Shown: positions 40,053 through 53,300, numbered from the stretch's first letter. The stretch is DNA of 64,000 nt from Intoshia linei (GCA_001642005.1 LWCA01000009.1:31278-95277), one strand, 5' to 3'. Numbers and translations are program-made. Notes: generated by a model from the letters alone, not told the origin.

Positions 40053-43000
40053 TTATAGTTGGGCTATAAAATTGTTCCTTGGTACATAGTAATAAGATAT
40101 GTATATTATGATAAATAATCCATATGCTATAGGGTAAATTATTCGGCAGACTTTGTCCAACATTAATGGCGAATTTTTGAAACAACTAAGGCAACCCAAT
40201 GTGTCATCATTATCTCGAATGACTATTGTATCCTAAATTATAATTGAAAAAATACATTATCATAAATCATTTATCATTAAACCATATGGATGTTGTTCAT
40301 CTTGATATCCTTATCCACCAATCGCACTATACTGTTTTGAATAGCAAATTCAATAAGCATCAGTGTAACGAAAACAAAAGTGGCAACACACCACACATCG
40401 ACAGCTTTAATGTATGGTACGGGAGGTAGACCAGAAGCTGAAACAATGTTTTGTGTGAGGGCGGTCAAAACAGCTATAGTTCCGAGGCCACATCTAGCTG
40501 GTACAGCTTTTGGATGAATGACTAAAATTATCATAAACTTATTTCCACATTAAACGTACACAAACCAACATAAGTTACCAGTACAATTAAAAAGGACGGA
40601 ACATAAATTCTCATAATATAATAGTTTAAATCTCTAATGTACGTAATTGTTAATTTGAGACATGGAAATTGGCCTACAATTATTTTAATTATAAAAATGT
40701 ATCTAATTTACAAAACCTGTTGCATAAACAGATTCATCGAGACACGTCGAAATGTTGTGGCTGTAAATGTTGAATTGATTCATGCTAACAGAATGGTCCA
40801 TTGTAAAAGAAGATTTATTTTTCCACAAAAACATCAAATGATCCGTTGTAAGTCCATCTTAATGGTGTATAAAGATAAATAATATAATACAGCTTTCGAT
40901 CCGAAATGAACAAGTTTGCCAATCCATTGGGTAGTAGTGGAAATCAAATGGACATGTTATATGAAACGTAAATCTGAAATCAAATATGTATCATATTATA
41001 TTATTTTAAATATAATTATATTTTTGAGTTTATGTATAATTTAAAATTCAGTTTACCCTGAATCACTACCGTGGAGTGGGGGGGCAAGGCAAGTTCCCAA
41101 AGTGGCCCACAGGAAATTCTAGGTGATTCTACAAGAAAAATTTTAAATAAAATAAAATTAGAATATTATGCATTATTGTTCATTTATTATTATTATTATT
41201 AGTGAACGTAAACATCATTTTATGAAACTGAATTAAAATTTTACGGAATAACGTACGTTAAATTTAACCTATGTAACGATTTCACTTAGTTACTTGGTTG
41301 GATAGTAGTTCCCAGAGCCGAACCTAGCAAGCTCGTGGTCACCACTAAAATACAAACTAGGCTCTTATAAAATTTCGCAAACGTTTTGTAGTGTCACCTC
41401 TGTAAGGCTTTTGAGTTGTTATTTTAACTTATCACAGGGTGGTCCAAAGCATGACCCGCGAAATTGTTTAATATTATATTTTAAAAAACATAAATTTACT
41501 AAATATTTATGTGGAATTTCTAACTAGATTTGCTGATTTAGATTCTATTAAACCTAAATTGAAGCTTTTTAATAATTTTATGGATTACGACATTATAAAC
41601 ATATCAAACAATATGCAATTAGAGTTAAATGAATTGCAATCAGACTCTAATTTTATAATTTAAAAAAAAAATTTATTTCTAAATAAAAAACAAAAAAATC
41701 TGATAAAATGACCCTTTGTGAAACGGTGTATAGCTCGTTTTCAATTTTTAACTGGGCACACATAAACTTTGCTAGGACGGAAAAATACGATAGGGCGCAC
41801 CGTTTGAAAAAATTGGTTTACCGAAACATCATAATTACTACACTACCTAGCATTAATTTAAATTTTTTAGAAATAATTATGACTTTGTGTACTAATTATT
41901 CTCAACTTCTTACTTTTTGGACCTTTTGTATTATGATAACTTAATAAAATTTAATTTATATTTTTAATATGTAATATTCATATCACGATACTCGTAGTAA
42001 TTTTCTGATTAATCTGTAAAGATAGTCTTATACTTGCCTTTGGGCATATTTTTTGCGAAATTAGTAACATTTATTATTTGGTCAGAGTATTTACTCGCCA
42101 TGTGTTTGGACCACTATGACTTATGATATTTAAGAATTTTTAAATGCTCAATTTAGTAAATTGATGTCTCATTTTAAAAAAAATTTCGTCGAGGTCCCTC
42201 TTCGGAGCATCTCGAATACAGTAGGGTCGGAACTAGTAGTTCTCCATAAGGGTTGGTATTGAAATTAATAATTTTTATAATTTGACCATGAAGATTTAAT
42301 GGGGAATATATAATAAAAACATAAAAGTGTTACATTAGTGGCGTTTTCAGGATTAAAGCGATTTTTTAAAAAATGACGTGGTCTACATACATTTTTTTGA
42401 CAAGTGGTCTATGGTTGATAAAGTTTGGGAATCACTGAACTAGGGCTATATGGCACGGGTCTACACTCATGAGGGCTTAATATTTTAATTTTATTAATAG
42501 ATAATGTTGGAAATTTTCTTACATGTGTCACAATTATAATGACCAATGCGATTTCCAACTGTTATTTTTAAAAATTTTTCTCACAACTAATTCATAGAAA
42601 ATGTTTATTTAAAAAAATTAATTGTTTCTTTTATCAAAAAATATTTATCGATTACCAGCACTAGTCTATACCGACTGTATACATTGTTGCAACCCCTGCT
42701 TTATATTGCAAAACTTTAAATATTCTATATTTAGTGCATCTGCAAATTTTATTGATTTTGGGTTTTATCAGATTTATATTCTGTAAATGAGGGTTCACGA
42801 TAAAAAAAATGTATACACCCCTGATATGATGCATATAAGTCTGTTTCAGATATTTTTGAGAGAATAATAATAGAATCTTCAAATTCCCCAACGTTCATGT
42901 GAAAAAATTAATATTATAATATTCCACCGAAAACCATATATCTTAAAATAAAATTAAATAATTATGAATTATTATATAATGACTTCATTATCTTTGCTAG

Positions 43001-43612
43001 AAGATTACCGTGATGATAGTAAAACATCTCCGTTTCTTTTAATTCTCCTATAAAAATAAATAGACTGCATAAAAATGTTTATATTACATCAATTCATTAG
43101 CTAAGTTAAAAATATAAACAATAAAATATAAATTACCTGTTGGTAATTTATGTAAATAGCTAGTTCTTTCCTGTGGTAGAAATACATCAGGTTGCCATAA
43201 ATATTTTATTGAAGATGGACTTAGAACTAAAGGTAATTCTGATTCATCTGCTGTGTATGCTAAACGAGGATCATTCCAATATCTAATAAAAATAAAAATT
43301 TCTATATTTAAGTCCCACCTTCGTAAATAAACAGTGATTCCGTACATCTAAAATCAATTAAATATATATACAAAAATAAAAACTCTCTTAAGTTCATTAA
43401 AACTGTGTAAAGCCACTACGTATAAACCAAATGACGCATTTATAGGTTTTCCTGTAATTATACTCGGAGATATCATATGATTATTCGATTTGGATAAAGA
43501 CTCTATCATTTCCACCCTATATATAAATTTTATTCTTTTTAATTTACAACCTTTCGCTCGGTGACAGAGCCCAAGCTATCTTTAAAAAAAAAAGAAATAA
43601 AAAAATGTTCAT
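40053..43612 (-). CDS. Cys-loop ligand-gated anion channel subunit (GluCl/glycine-receptor-like)
   Basis: Signal peptide, WNDPRL, LWQPDVF, Cys-loop CPFDFHYYPMDWQTC, loop-C Cys pair (C..TGQFPC), M2 PAR motif, PYIKAVDVW, LDKVCRIIYP M4; includes 13-nt exon 43100-43088. Confidence 0.93.
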
Positions 43613-43751
43613 AATTCAAGTATATTAAAAATTAAATAATATCATTAGACACAATTACAGTATTCCAATATAATAATCCTATTAACAATGTTTAATAATA
43701 TTAAGATGATATTTAATATTGGGTAGTCTAATATCAAGGTCAGGAAAAAAA

Positions 43752-44313
43752 TTATAAAATTTTATTAAGATTGTTATGAAACAAACGTAAATGTACAGCA
43801 CATATTTTCCTTATTTCAGGTTTGGATGTAATTGACGTTCCGTTTTTGTTCAAATCATTGTCTTCGTGAATAGATACATTTTCTAGTTCTAATTTTGGTT
43901 TTTTATAGACAATATCAATATCTAAAGGTGAAATTTTTTTAGGACTATTTGATATTTTTGGCAGGTTTGAATTTTTATCTGTATTATTTTCTTCTATATC
44001 GCTTTCATTGGTGTAAAATACATATTCATTGTTGGTCATAACGTCTAGTTCCAAAAAGTGATAACTTTCTTTTTGCAGTTGATTTGCTACATTGATAGCC
44101 GTGGGGATTGCTTTTCCTAAGGTTAAAATGACATATAAAACATATTTTCAAACCTAAAGCGTGAATATATAATATATCCTTATTTTTTTCCAGCTTTTTT
44201 CTACATCTATTTAACGCTGACAAGTAATTTGATTTTCCACTGATATATATATCGTATTGTGTACAAAACCGACGATATGGTTTAGTCGTTCTTATGCAAG
44301 TTATTTTCTCCAT
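43752..44313 (-). CDS. POP7: Ribonuclease P/MRP subunit p20 (Alba-like); intron 44153-44117
   Basis: DIYISGKSNYLSALNRCRKKL..LYIHALGKAIPTAINVANQLQ ... RKICAVHLRLF. Confidence 0.85.
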
Positions 44314-44933
44314 TTATAATAAAAGTAAATTTATATTAAGCTAGGCAACTAATATCATCAATTTTAAAATATTTATTTAAATCCATGGCGATATCAATAA
44401 TCCAAAATATAATTATTTTTGTTGATTTTAGGTTTAATGATGACGAAACTTTCATCGTGATAATTTGAATCTAATAATTATTATACCATTCAATTAAATA
44501 TCGAGATTATGGCTTATGATTTAATAATTCATAATGGTTTTCTAATCTTGTAACAAGATTAACAAGAGAATCTAGTTTTATTAAATGCTTGTTTAAAATA
44601 TTTATGAATGTACTGTAACGAGGTTACAGAGTTCGTGTTCATATTCAATGCTTTTATAAATATCTCTTTGTGGCCGGTAAAGATAGATAAAACAATGTAA
44701 GATTAGTTAAGTCGTTCGAAGGCATTATCTATGAACTATTCCGTATAATTTTAGGGAAATTATTGAATACCAGTTATCTATTTATATGTAGCACATATTA
44801 GATGAATAACTAAAAAAATAATGCTATTTTGTTTTAAAATTTAAATTGGAAGCCTAGACAGCTAAATACCAAGTATTAATAAAGATACAAAGTAAATATA
44901 TTACAATAAATTATAATAATTGAAACTTCAAAA

Positions 44934-47900
44934 ATGAAAACAGCAATATTTATAACGATGTTTATGTGTATGACAAATGTGGCATTCGGTACCCATTAAT
45001 TATCTAAATACAATAAGTTTAGGTCATTTATGGTTCAGTAATACTTTTAATTAAATTTATTTCATATTCATTTATTTTGAAAGATAGAAATATTTTATTA
45101 ATTTTTAATCTTTCAGAAAATTTGGGTAATTTGAATTTATATAATTTAGATCCTTAACACAAGGGTGGTTAACAATGACGCATTATATGTATTCCTTTGA
45201 TCACCTTTGTTGTATTAAAATTTTAAAAGTGAAAATAAAACTATAAAAATCTGCTTAGTGGGTAAATAATAAATATGAGCATTATAAAATTAAAATAGAA
45301 AATGACATAATTTTAATTTATTTAGAATTGATTGGTAATTATTGTGGTTTTTTTTCTATAACAATAAATTTAGATAGTAATTGATTTGGATTATAAAAAC
45401 ATTTATACTTTTGCGTCGGACTGTATTGATGTGACGCAAAACTTTATGATTATTTTCATTAAAAGATAATTTATTTTCAATATGCGAAAAAAACTTTAAA
45501 ATCAAATAATATGAAATGATTTTAATTTATAATTAATACACGAAATCGGAAAATTACATCAACACAATCCAAATTGCTTTATGTATCACTAATTAACTTA
45601 TATACATATTATATTTTAGCAAAGATGATAGGTATATATGTATTTAGTTTTCAGTAATTTAGCCATCAACTAAAATTATTGCAAAAATCAGACCAGAAAA
45701 TGTTTTAATTCTGTTATATTCGTAGGTTGATCAGTTTTTTAGTCTTAAATTTGGTTTGTGGGAACAAATTCATTATATATAAAATTTGCAGTTATAAAAA
45801 CATTAAATTTATGTATTAATCTACATATGATCCATTCTCTGTCATAAAAACCATACATTTAAATTGTATTGCTACCATATTTCTTTTTACGTTGTTAGTT
45901 TGAATCGCATATTTTCATGATATTACAAAACTATTATAAAAAATTTAATATTAAAGCTCTATTAAGAAATTCTGACTTAAAAAATAAAATTTTCTATATT
46001 TTAAATACATTCTCAAAAGGAATGCATCATAACTACGCCAATGTTGACTAAAAAAATAATAACAGTGTATGGTAATGTTGAGAAAATTAAACTATATCGG
46101 ATGTGCCTAATTTATATGAATTTTTAATTGATTGACTCCATAAAAAAATAATTACCTAGTTGTTTTTAGGATGATTAATGTTTGATATCCGCAAATTATT
46201 ATGAAAAATATTTTAAAAGAAACGAATAACTATTAATAATATCTTAGCTAACAGACTGAGTATACTTTTAATTTTAATATATAATTATGTATTATAATAC
46301 TATTTCATGGTGCCGTAAATTTATTATAATTTGATATTAACTACAGTTGGTAAATTAACATTGTTTTATTATTAATATATATGTATAATTAGCTCCGATG
46401 TATAGTAATTTTTTTAATTATATTATATTGATTTAATATAAAAATATGCACGGTTAAGACAGATTAGTCGGTCACAAGGCTAAGAGTCTTAAATTTACTT
46501 AATTTTAAATAAATGCCCTATTTATGAATGGATATCAAATATATATATATTAGGGCTGTTCAAAAAAAAATCCATGGTCACACCATATACTTCAAAGTGT
46601 GTAATAACGTATGTGCCTATTAAAAATGGTCAATTTTTTAAAAATGTGTGCCCTAAATCAATTTATATCTTCAAAAGTATATATAAAATGTGAGGTTTAT
46701 TTTTAAATATCTCATCGGTAACTAGCGTAACAATTCTTTCTTACATTCATTTATTTATTTTATTTATTCGTTTATAAAAGTTTTATAATAATAAATAAGT
46801 TAAGTGATTTATCTCGATTGGCAACTGAAATTAATATGGCGAATCTTTGCAGATATGCATTGCAATGAAAATAATAGTTAATGGAACATTATCAACAATA
46901 TTTGATGTTGTGCAATCGATTATAACAATGTATGGTATCTCTTCAATAATAAAAATGGTCATATATAATACCACATCAACCAATACCGGAAAAAAATCAG
47001 GTGTTATAAAGAAAATGACAGATGTTATGTCTCATTTGATTTACCAACCATGTAAATTACATGTTCTGGATAGAATACTACAAATTTATCTCGCATTTAA
47101 ATTTCCGGTTAGCAGCATTGGACCCAATATATCCTTTAGTTTAGTTAAGATTCTCAAAATTAATTTATTTGCAGTGATTACCACATTATAAGGGAACAGG
47201 AATTGAAATTAAATATCCAAGGTGCAGTAGAAACGATTATTGAAAGTTATCTGGATTATGTGAGGCAGTAAAATATTTGTTTAATACTGGGGTGTATTAT
47301 ATTATTTCAATTAGAAAATTGGAACTTTTGTCTAAAGCTCGCTGGAATAATAAAGCCAACTATCTGTTAAAATATTATTTACTTAGTTCAGACAAATCTG
47401 CAGCTATAATTAATGCGTGCAAATTTGTTGTCGATTACTGGGCGCCTGCTTGGTTCACTTGTAGAAGACAAATTGAATTATTACGAAGAATACTGGAAGG
47501 TAAAACATTGGAATGCTTTAATCGATATTATATGTTGTCATCATATCCTATCAATGTGGATGTTACAAATAAAATTTGTGAGAAATCTCTGGGATATATA
47601 AAAAAATTTGTCGACCGTAATATTGTTGACATTGAAACAAAATTACTTTTAAATTTTAGCAAAATAAATATTAAAAATTATTGTTTCCATGATTTTTCGT
47701 AATTTTTTCAAGATAATAAAGTATTTTCGTTTTTTTCCCTGATTTTTATTAATTAACTAAATAGATACTAAACTGGAAGAAACTAATAATACAAAAAAAA
47801 CTACACTCAATTGCCTCGAATCTGCATAACATTTTACATATCGTCATACAAAAATTATAAAAATTAATCGATTAGAACACAGTTAAATTTTTTAGCTCGG

Positions 47901-50575
47901 CTTCTAGAGTTCATATTACTTTTTTTCATTAAAATGTGTTTAAAAAGTTAATAACTGAATTTCAACATGGGAAACTCAGATTTTCATATTTAAAATAAAT
48001 GTATCGTTATTATAAATGTTAGTATTTTTAAATTTCACTAATATTACAAAAACACCCTGTGAAGTTAAATATTGAATTTTTTATGTCCAAATTTGGTATA
48101 TGTCTTAGTGAGTCATACATTAATCATATCCATCTTTAAAAAAAAAAAGAAATGGCGCCAATTAAGAAAAAGGGGAAAAAGCGCGCGCATGTAAACCTTA
48201 AAATTCAAAAAGGGTACAGATTTTTTCTAAAATTTTATTTTTATGGGTTTTAAAGTACCCAATTCAAGGTAGGGGGGTGGATTTTTTTCGAATCGAAAAT
48301 TTTGTAAAAAATAAACAGCCCTAATGTATATGCTATCATATCTAATATGACTCTTTGCCATGCATCGATTGACCAACTACAGTAATCGGAGCAAAAACTT
48401 AAACGGTTAGAAATTTTTTTGCACATAAAGCCGGGGTCTTTGGCTAACTGCATAACATTTTATTCCATTTTTATTTATTTATCAAAAATATATATATACA
48501 AAAATCGCGTAGCCTTTTATATAAGTTAGGATAATAGGTTTTACGTGACGAAATGTATGTAGCTGAAGTTTGATACAAATTAACATTGACATATTATAAA
48601 ATTAATTTAGGTCAATTCACAAGGAAACACATTTATGGTACGTATATTCAAGTCACAAAAGTCAGGTTGATCCAGAAGTTAGATATCAGATAAATTATAA
48701 TTATCCAAAAATAAAGTTTAATTTGTAAACATATTTATTAGAACAACTTTATTGTAAATCGAAAGCATTGAAATGGATAAGAATTTATCGCGTACAATGT
48801 CATTTAAAAACTATTTTATCGATACATTCTATTCAGTATTTAATTCAGGTAATATTTATAAATTAATTTTCATAAAGACAATACCGTCAGTGATTCTCAA
48901 ACTTTTCTCTAGTTGTAGATGATTTTCTAACAATATAAATAAATATTGGGTATAGATAGGCCAACCTTCGATCGCCAAAATGAAAAAATTAGAATTAATT
49001 TTTAATTTTAATAATACTGGTATAATTAAAATAATCTCTATTTTAAAACAATTTATTTTCATATTTATAAAATTTAATTGTTTCTATATTTTGTTAAAAA
49101 GTATTTTATTATATTTGGAATGGTTACCGGAACTTTACTTATTTAACTAAAGTGGTCAGAAAAATACGTACTATCACTTTTAGTTTATTTGGAATAAATT
49201 TTAAGCCGAAAATTTTTATTCGTTATCATAGATAAGTAGTTTTGGCTTTACAATTAACACCAAATAAACTAAAAGTGATAGTACGTATTTTTTCTGGCGA
49301 CTTTAATTTAACCTCTTCTCTAGCAATATGATATACTGGCTACATTAAATTATAACACTTGGATTAGTCCACTATTTCTTATACAGTTGAAATCTCATTT
49401 AACGAAAATATTAGAAATGTAAAAATAACTATAGATTACGATCAATATATCTACGTAATGCACGGATGAATTATCTAGCACAAGTAGTATTTAAAATTTC
49501 GACGTTCGTTAAACAAAACATTTGTTAAATGATATTTTGACTGTACTAGGTTTTGCCGATAATTTTCAAATATACAGCGAAAGTGTTTCAAATTATTACG
49601 AATTTTAATTTTTATGTTTTCTACAATCATATTTTTTAATTTTTACCATAGATTCCGATCAGAAACATTTTTCTAGTCAATGTATTAGTCGATCACATCA
49701 AAAAAAAGTTGGGAACCACTGGTATAGATAAAAAAACATTACAGTACTCTTTCCCATTCCTTTCGAAGCCTCATTAGGTTATGATGCCCATAAACATTTA
49801 AAAATATTACACCTAATGCTTAGTTTAATCATTTTGGTTAATAATATAAAATACACTCACTCTTCGAGTTCATGCATTAGACAGGTATATAACTATTAAT
49901 ATATTGATAATGTGAAATACCCCAAGAAATTGAATTGTTCAACTTATTTTCAGTTAATGATTTGTAACCCTTAATCAAAACAGTTGGAAATATTTTGACC
50001 ACTTACTCTAGTATACTTTTCATATTACATAATAATACATAATGTAATATATTTTTTGACAAGTTTCCAAAATCAAATAAGTTGCTTAATTTTTCATTAG
50101 TTAAGAAGCACTGGTGTATGCAAATAATTTGATGTATTTATAAAATGTAAACTTAACAGGTCATAATATACAAGAAAATGGAAATTTGACTAATATAATT
50201 CAAAATAATCGACACAATTCAGAAAACCATCTTAAGCCATCAAATTTACCCTCAAATGGAGTACAAATTAAACGTAATACAACCACTTATTTAAACCTTG
50301 TCGATTTTCACCATTGGCGCACTGAAGGAATAAAAAAATTTTGTCAAGCAACAGCACCTCCTTCAATAGCTGGTTATGGGCATAATGATTTAGCCATAAA
50401 TGATAATTTATCTGTAGTTATTTTAAAATTACAGAATGAAACTGATACGATTAGTAATTGTTCTAAAACTTCATACTCCAGGATTGGATTAAACAATTTA
50501 ATTAACAATCAAAATGAAAGGTATGTGAAATATCAAAGACGAAAACTGGATGTATGCTATGAAGAAAGTATATAA
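44934..50575 (+). CDS. Predicted micro-exon gene encoding a secreted protein
   Basis: Signal-peptide exon 44934-44988 (phase 1), symmetric 3-27 nt exons at 45023, 45117, 45326, 45374, 45620, 46248, 46347, 46393, 48611, 48742, 48837, and terminal phase-1 exon 50160-50575 (contains the 129-aa ORF); stop-free when joined. Confidence 0.6.
46551..48323 (+). mobile_element. Degraded hATm-like DNA transposon with both TIRs
   Basis: TIR TAGGGCTGTT..AACAGCCCTA, flanks ATATATAT/ATGTATAT (candidate TSD); transposase remnants YNTTSTNTG, PCKLHVLD, ARWNNKANYLLK, FVVDYWAPAWF, VTNKICEK; frameshifted and internally deleted. Confidence 0.8.
48324..48453 (-). mobile_element. Tc1-like transposase fragment abutting the hATm element
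   Basis: AKDPGFMCKKISNRLSFCSDYCSWSIDAWQRVI resembles Tc1 KKP....RL.FA..H..W....W..V. Confidence 0.55.
49148..49304. repeat. Foldback/MITE-like long inverted repeat; related sequence near 2425-2500
   Basis: Arm AAAAATACGTACTATCACTTTTAGTTTATTTGG (49160-49192) is perfectly inverted at 49260-49292. Confidence 0.75.
49384..49543. mobile_element. Tc1/mariner-pogo type MITE with TA target duplication
   Basis: TA|CAGTTGAAATCTCATTTAAC ... GTTAAATGATATTTTGACTG|TA. Confidence 0.65.
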
Positions 50576-51384
50576 GTTGTTTCTCATTTAAATATAATTT
50601 TTCTGTCATCCTTTGTTGTATATGTTTCAATTAAAATAAACATTTGTATTATTTTATGTATTTACATATTATATTAGTTTGTGAAGGATATAATGTTAAT
50701 CGGTATTATTTTGACGGATCGGTAAAATAGGATAACAAATTAACGTATAGTTCGTATAATCGCGTTATGGGTGGTTATAATTCATTTATGATAAACATAC
50801 CCTATTTTTATCACGAAACGGCGCACTGCAGGTCTTGAGAAATAATAATATATATAATTGTAATAAAATCATATTAATTAATTTATTTGTCGTATACTTT
50901 TCAGTTATATTTAATTTTTGCTTTGCCCCGGTTAAAGTATAACAGTGATAGTGGTGTGTAGAATTTTAGAGAGAAAACTGTACAGTGTACATCATTTTAA
51001 TATGATAAAAATAATTGACATAATTGTTAAAATGGATATTATAATTTCAACACAATTGTATTGTAATCTATTTGAAATATAATGTAGTTGAATAAATTAT
51101 GATTTTTCTGAATGATAATTCCATTTTAAATGTTAAACATAATAGAATGGTACAAAAGAAAAGAGTGAAACTTATCTAATAAAAAGTAAGTTTAATAGTC
51201 TACTGACATAAAAATAAGAATACCAAATAATGTATGGATCAATATTTTTAACCAGGTCGCCAAACGAATACAAACAATTTAAATTTACAAATATAAAGAA
51301 ATGTTATTTCGATTCTTTTCTAACATTATTATGGTTTTTTAATTAATGTAAATGCTTGTACAATTTAATTAATTAAAAGTTGTT

Positions 51385-52685
51385 ATGAATAAGTCTGAAT
51401 TGGATAGAATACGACAACATGCATTTAAAGTTTGGACAAGTTATTACAATAATGATGCAAATTCACCCGTAGAATATAACAAGTATAATTATCGACACGG
51501 TAAGAAAAGTTTCAATTACAGTCGCAATTTCCATTATCAGTACCAGAACGAATGCTATAATCGACCACACGCTCATTTAAAGTACTATTAGATTATTATA
51601 TTAAAATGTGAGCTTAAAAATAATACAAATTTCAATATTTTGAATTATTTAGCACAACCACCTACGTGTTACCACATGTTGCAGGTTTTGAAAAAAGTTC
51701 TAGAAACAAATGCGATTATAGGAGTAAGTTTATGGTAAACGTATTTTATTTTTTCAATTTTTAGTGGATGAAACTGTGTCGCCTTTTGAACTAGAAAAAA
51801 GACTGAAAATTAAAGAAAAATTCAAACCTACAATTGAAAATGAGGCAATTCGACCATACATTAATGTAAATTTAAATTCTATAAATAGCCCATATTTCTA
51901 TTTTATTATATTACAAATTGGTTTTTAAAACTCTCTGTATAAATTATACAAACGGGAACACAGACAGGTGGCCACAAAAAAATATTGAACTGTAAATTAA
52001 ATTTGACTCCATTTGTATTGAAAATATATTAATTAACGTTGAAAGTGATATTGATGTGTATAATTGTGCAGATATTTTGTTATTTAATTATTTTAATACC
52101 ATTTATGAAAACATCTGTAGTGTATAAATTCATTAAGAACATAAGTATACCACAGGTTTTCACACTCTTTTCACGGTTAACGGTAAATACAGGTCTAACT
52201 GTATTTATTAAAATTTTTCACCGACCGCCACTTGGGAAACACTGGAGTATACTGTACACATCTTTCTCTCTCTTGTTTGTCAATGTTAAAAGTTGACATT
52301 ATAGTAGTGAATTTGGCTAAGTATATAAGACTAACCATATCAAAAAAATTTTATAATATTAATTTTCCAGCTACAGCTCCTGGTTAGTTTAACAAGGGTT
52401 TCCAAAAGAGAATACTTCATTTAAAAACTAATTTCATGTATATATGTCAAATAAATAAATAAAAAATAGTATTTTAAACATTATTAACATTGCAAATAGA
52501 CTATTGACTTGGATGTCAACTATTGGTTGAACACACGACGTGACTGTATAAACCGATATTACAAACAATGTGAAAATTCAATCAAAACCAAAATGTACAC
52601 TGCAATCAAAAAACACAAGTTGAGTACCAAAGTTTATAGCGAACGTAGACCAGAATATTACATTCATCCTGAATGGACCAAATAA
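51385..52685 (+). CDS. Hypothetical protein (~184 aa); exons 51385-51581, 51653-51723, 51765-51865, 52500-52685
   Basis: Three canonical introns (phases 2, 1, 0) give one stop-free frame ending RRPEYYIHPEWTK*. Confidence 0.6.
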
Positions 52686-53300
52686 TTTTTTATAAATCAA
52701 TCAAATTTTTAAATGAATTCAAAGCTTGTATCTATGTACTGTTTCAAGGTGCTACATTACTACATAATGTGGCTACTGTATTTATAAAAGTAAAAAAATT
52801 TATACAAATTATTAAAACTTTTTACAATCAAAATTTTTTGAATCACTCAATATTTATGAAATTGCAGACTGCTTAAAAATTAGAAAATTACAGTATATCT
52901 TAATAACTGCAATAGCTAGTAGCTAGCTTTTCCGAATGCGCATCATTTATATAATTTTTTAAATAAGTATAATCTGGTTATGGCCCGAATCGGATCGTAT
53001 GCATGCCCGGGTTCGTTCATATTTTAATGTAATATAATAAATCGATTTTAATGATTAATTAAATTAGTTTCAGTTAAGCGGATACCATACATTATATTTA
53101 TGAAAAATATTTAAATAATTGTTCGATGCCATATTTTGGTAATGTTTCTTAGAAATGAGATTTTAGGAGGCCCGCGATAAGTACAAATGTATTGTGAAGT
53201 CACCAGGCGAGATAATTAAATTTGGGAGCCCTAATTAGGGCGTAATGTGTACAATTCATATCAAGATTTTAATAAGCATAACAGAATTTGACAAATTATG

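Noticed and set aside
45663-49970. Other AG..GT segments near the micro-exon gene (45663, 45726, 48666, 49881, 49954)
   Set aside because: They introduce stops or are not 3n (e.g. 4 nt at 49881, 10 nt at 49954); listed to show selection bias. 45663-45673 could be an alternative short terminal exon
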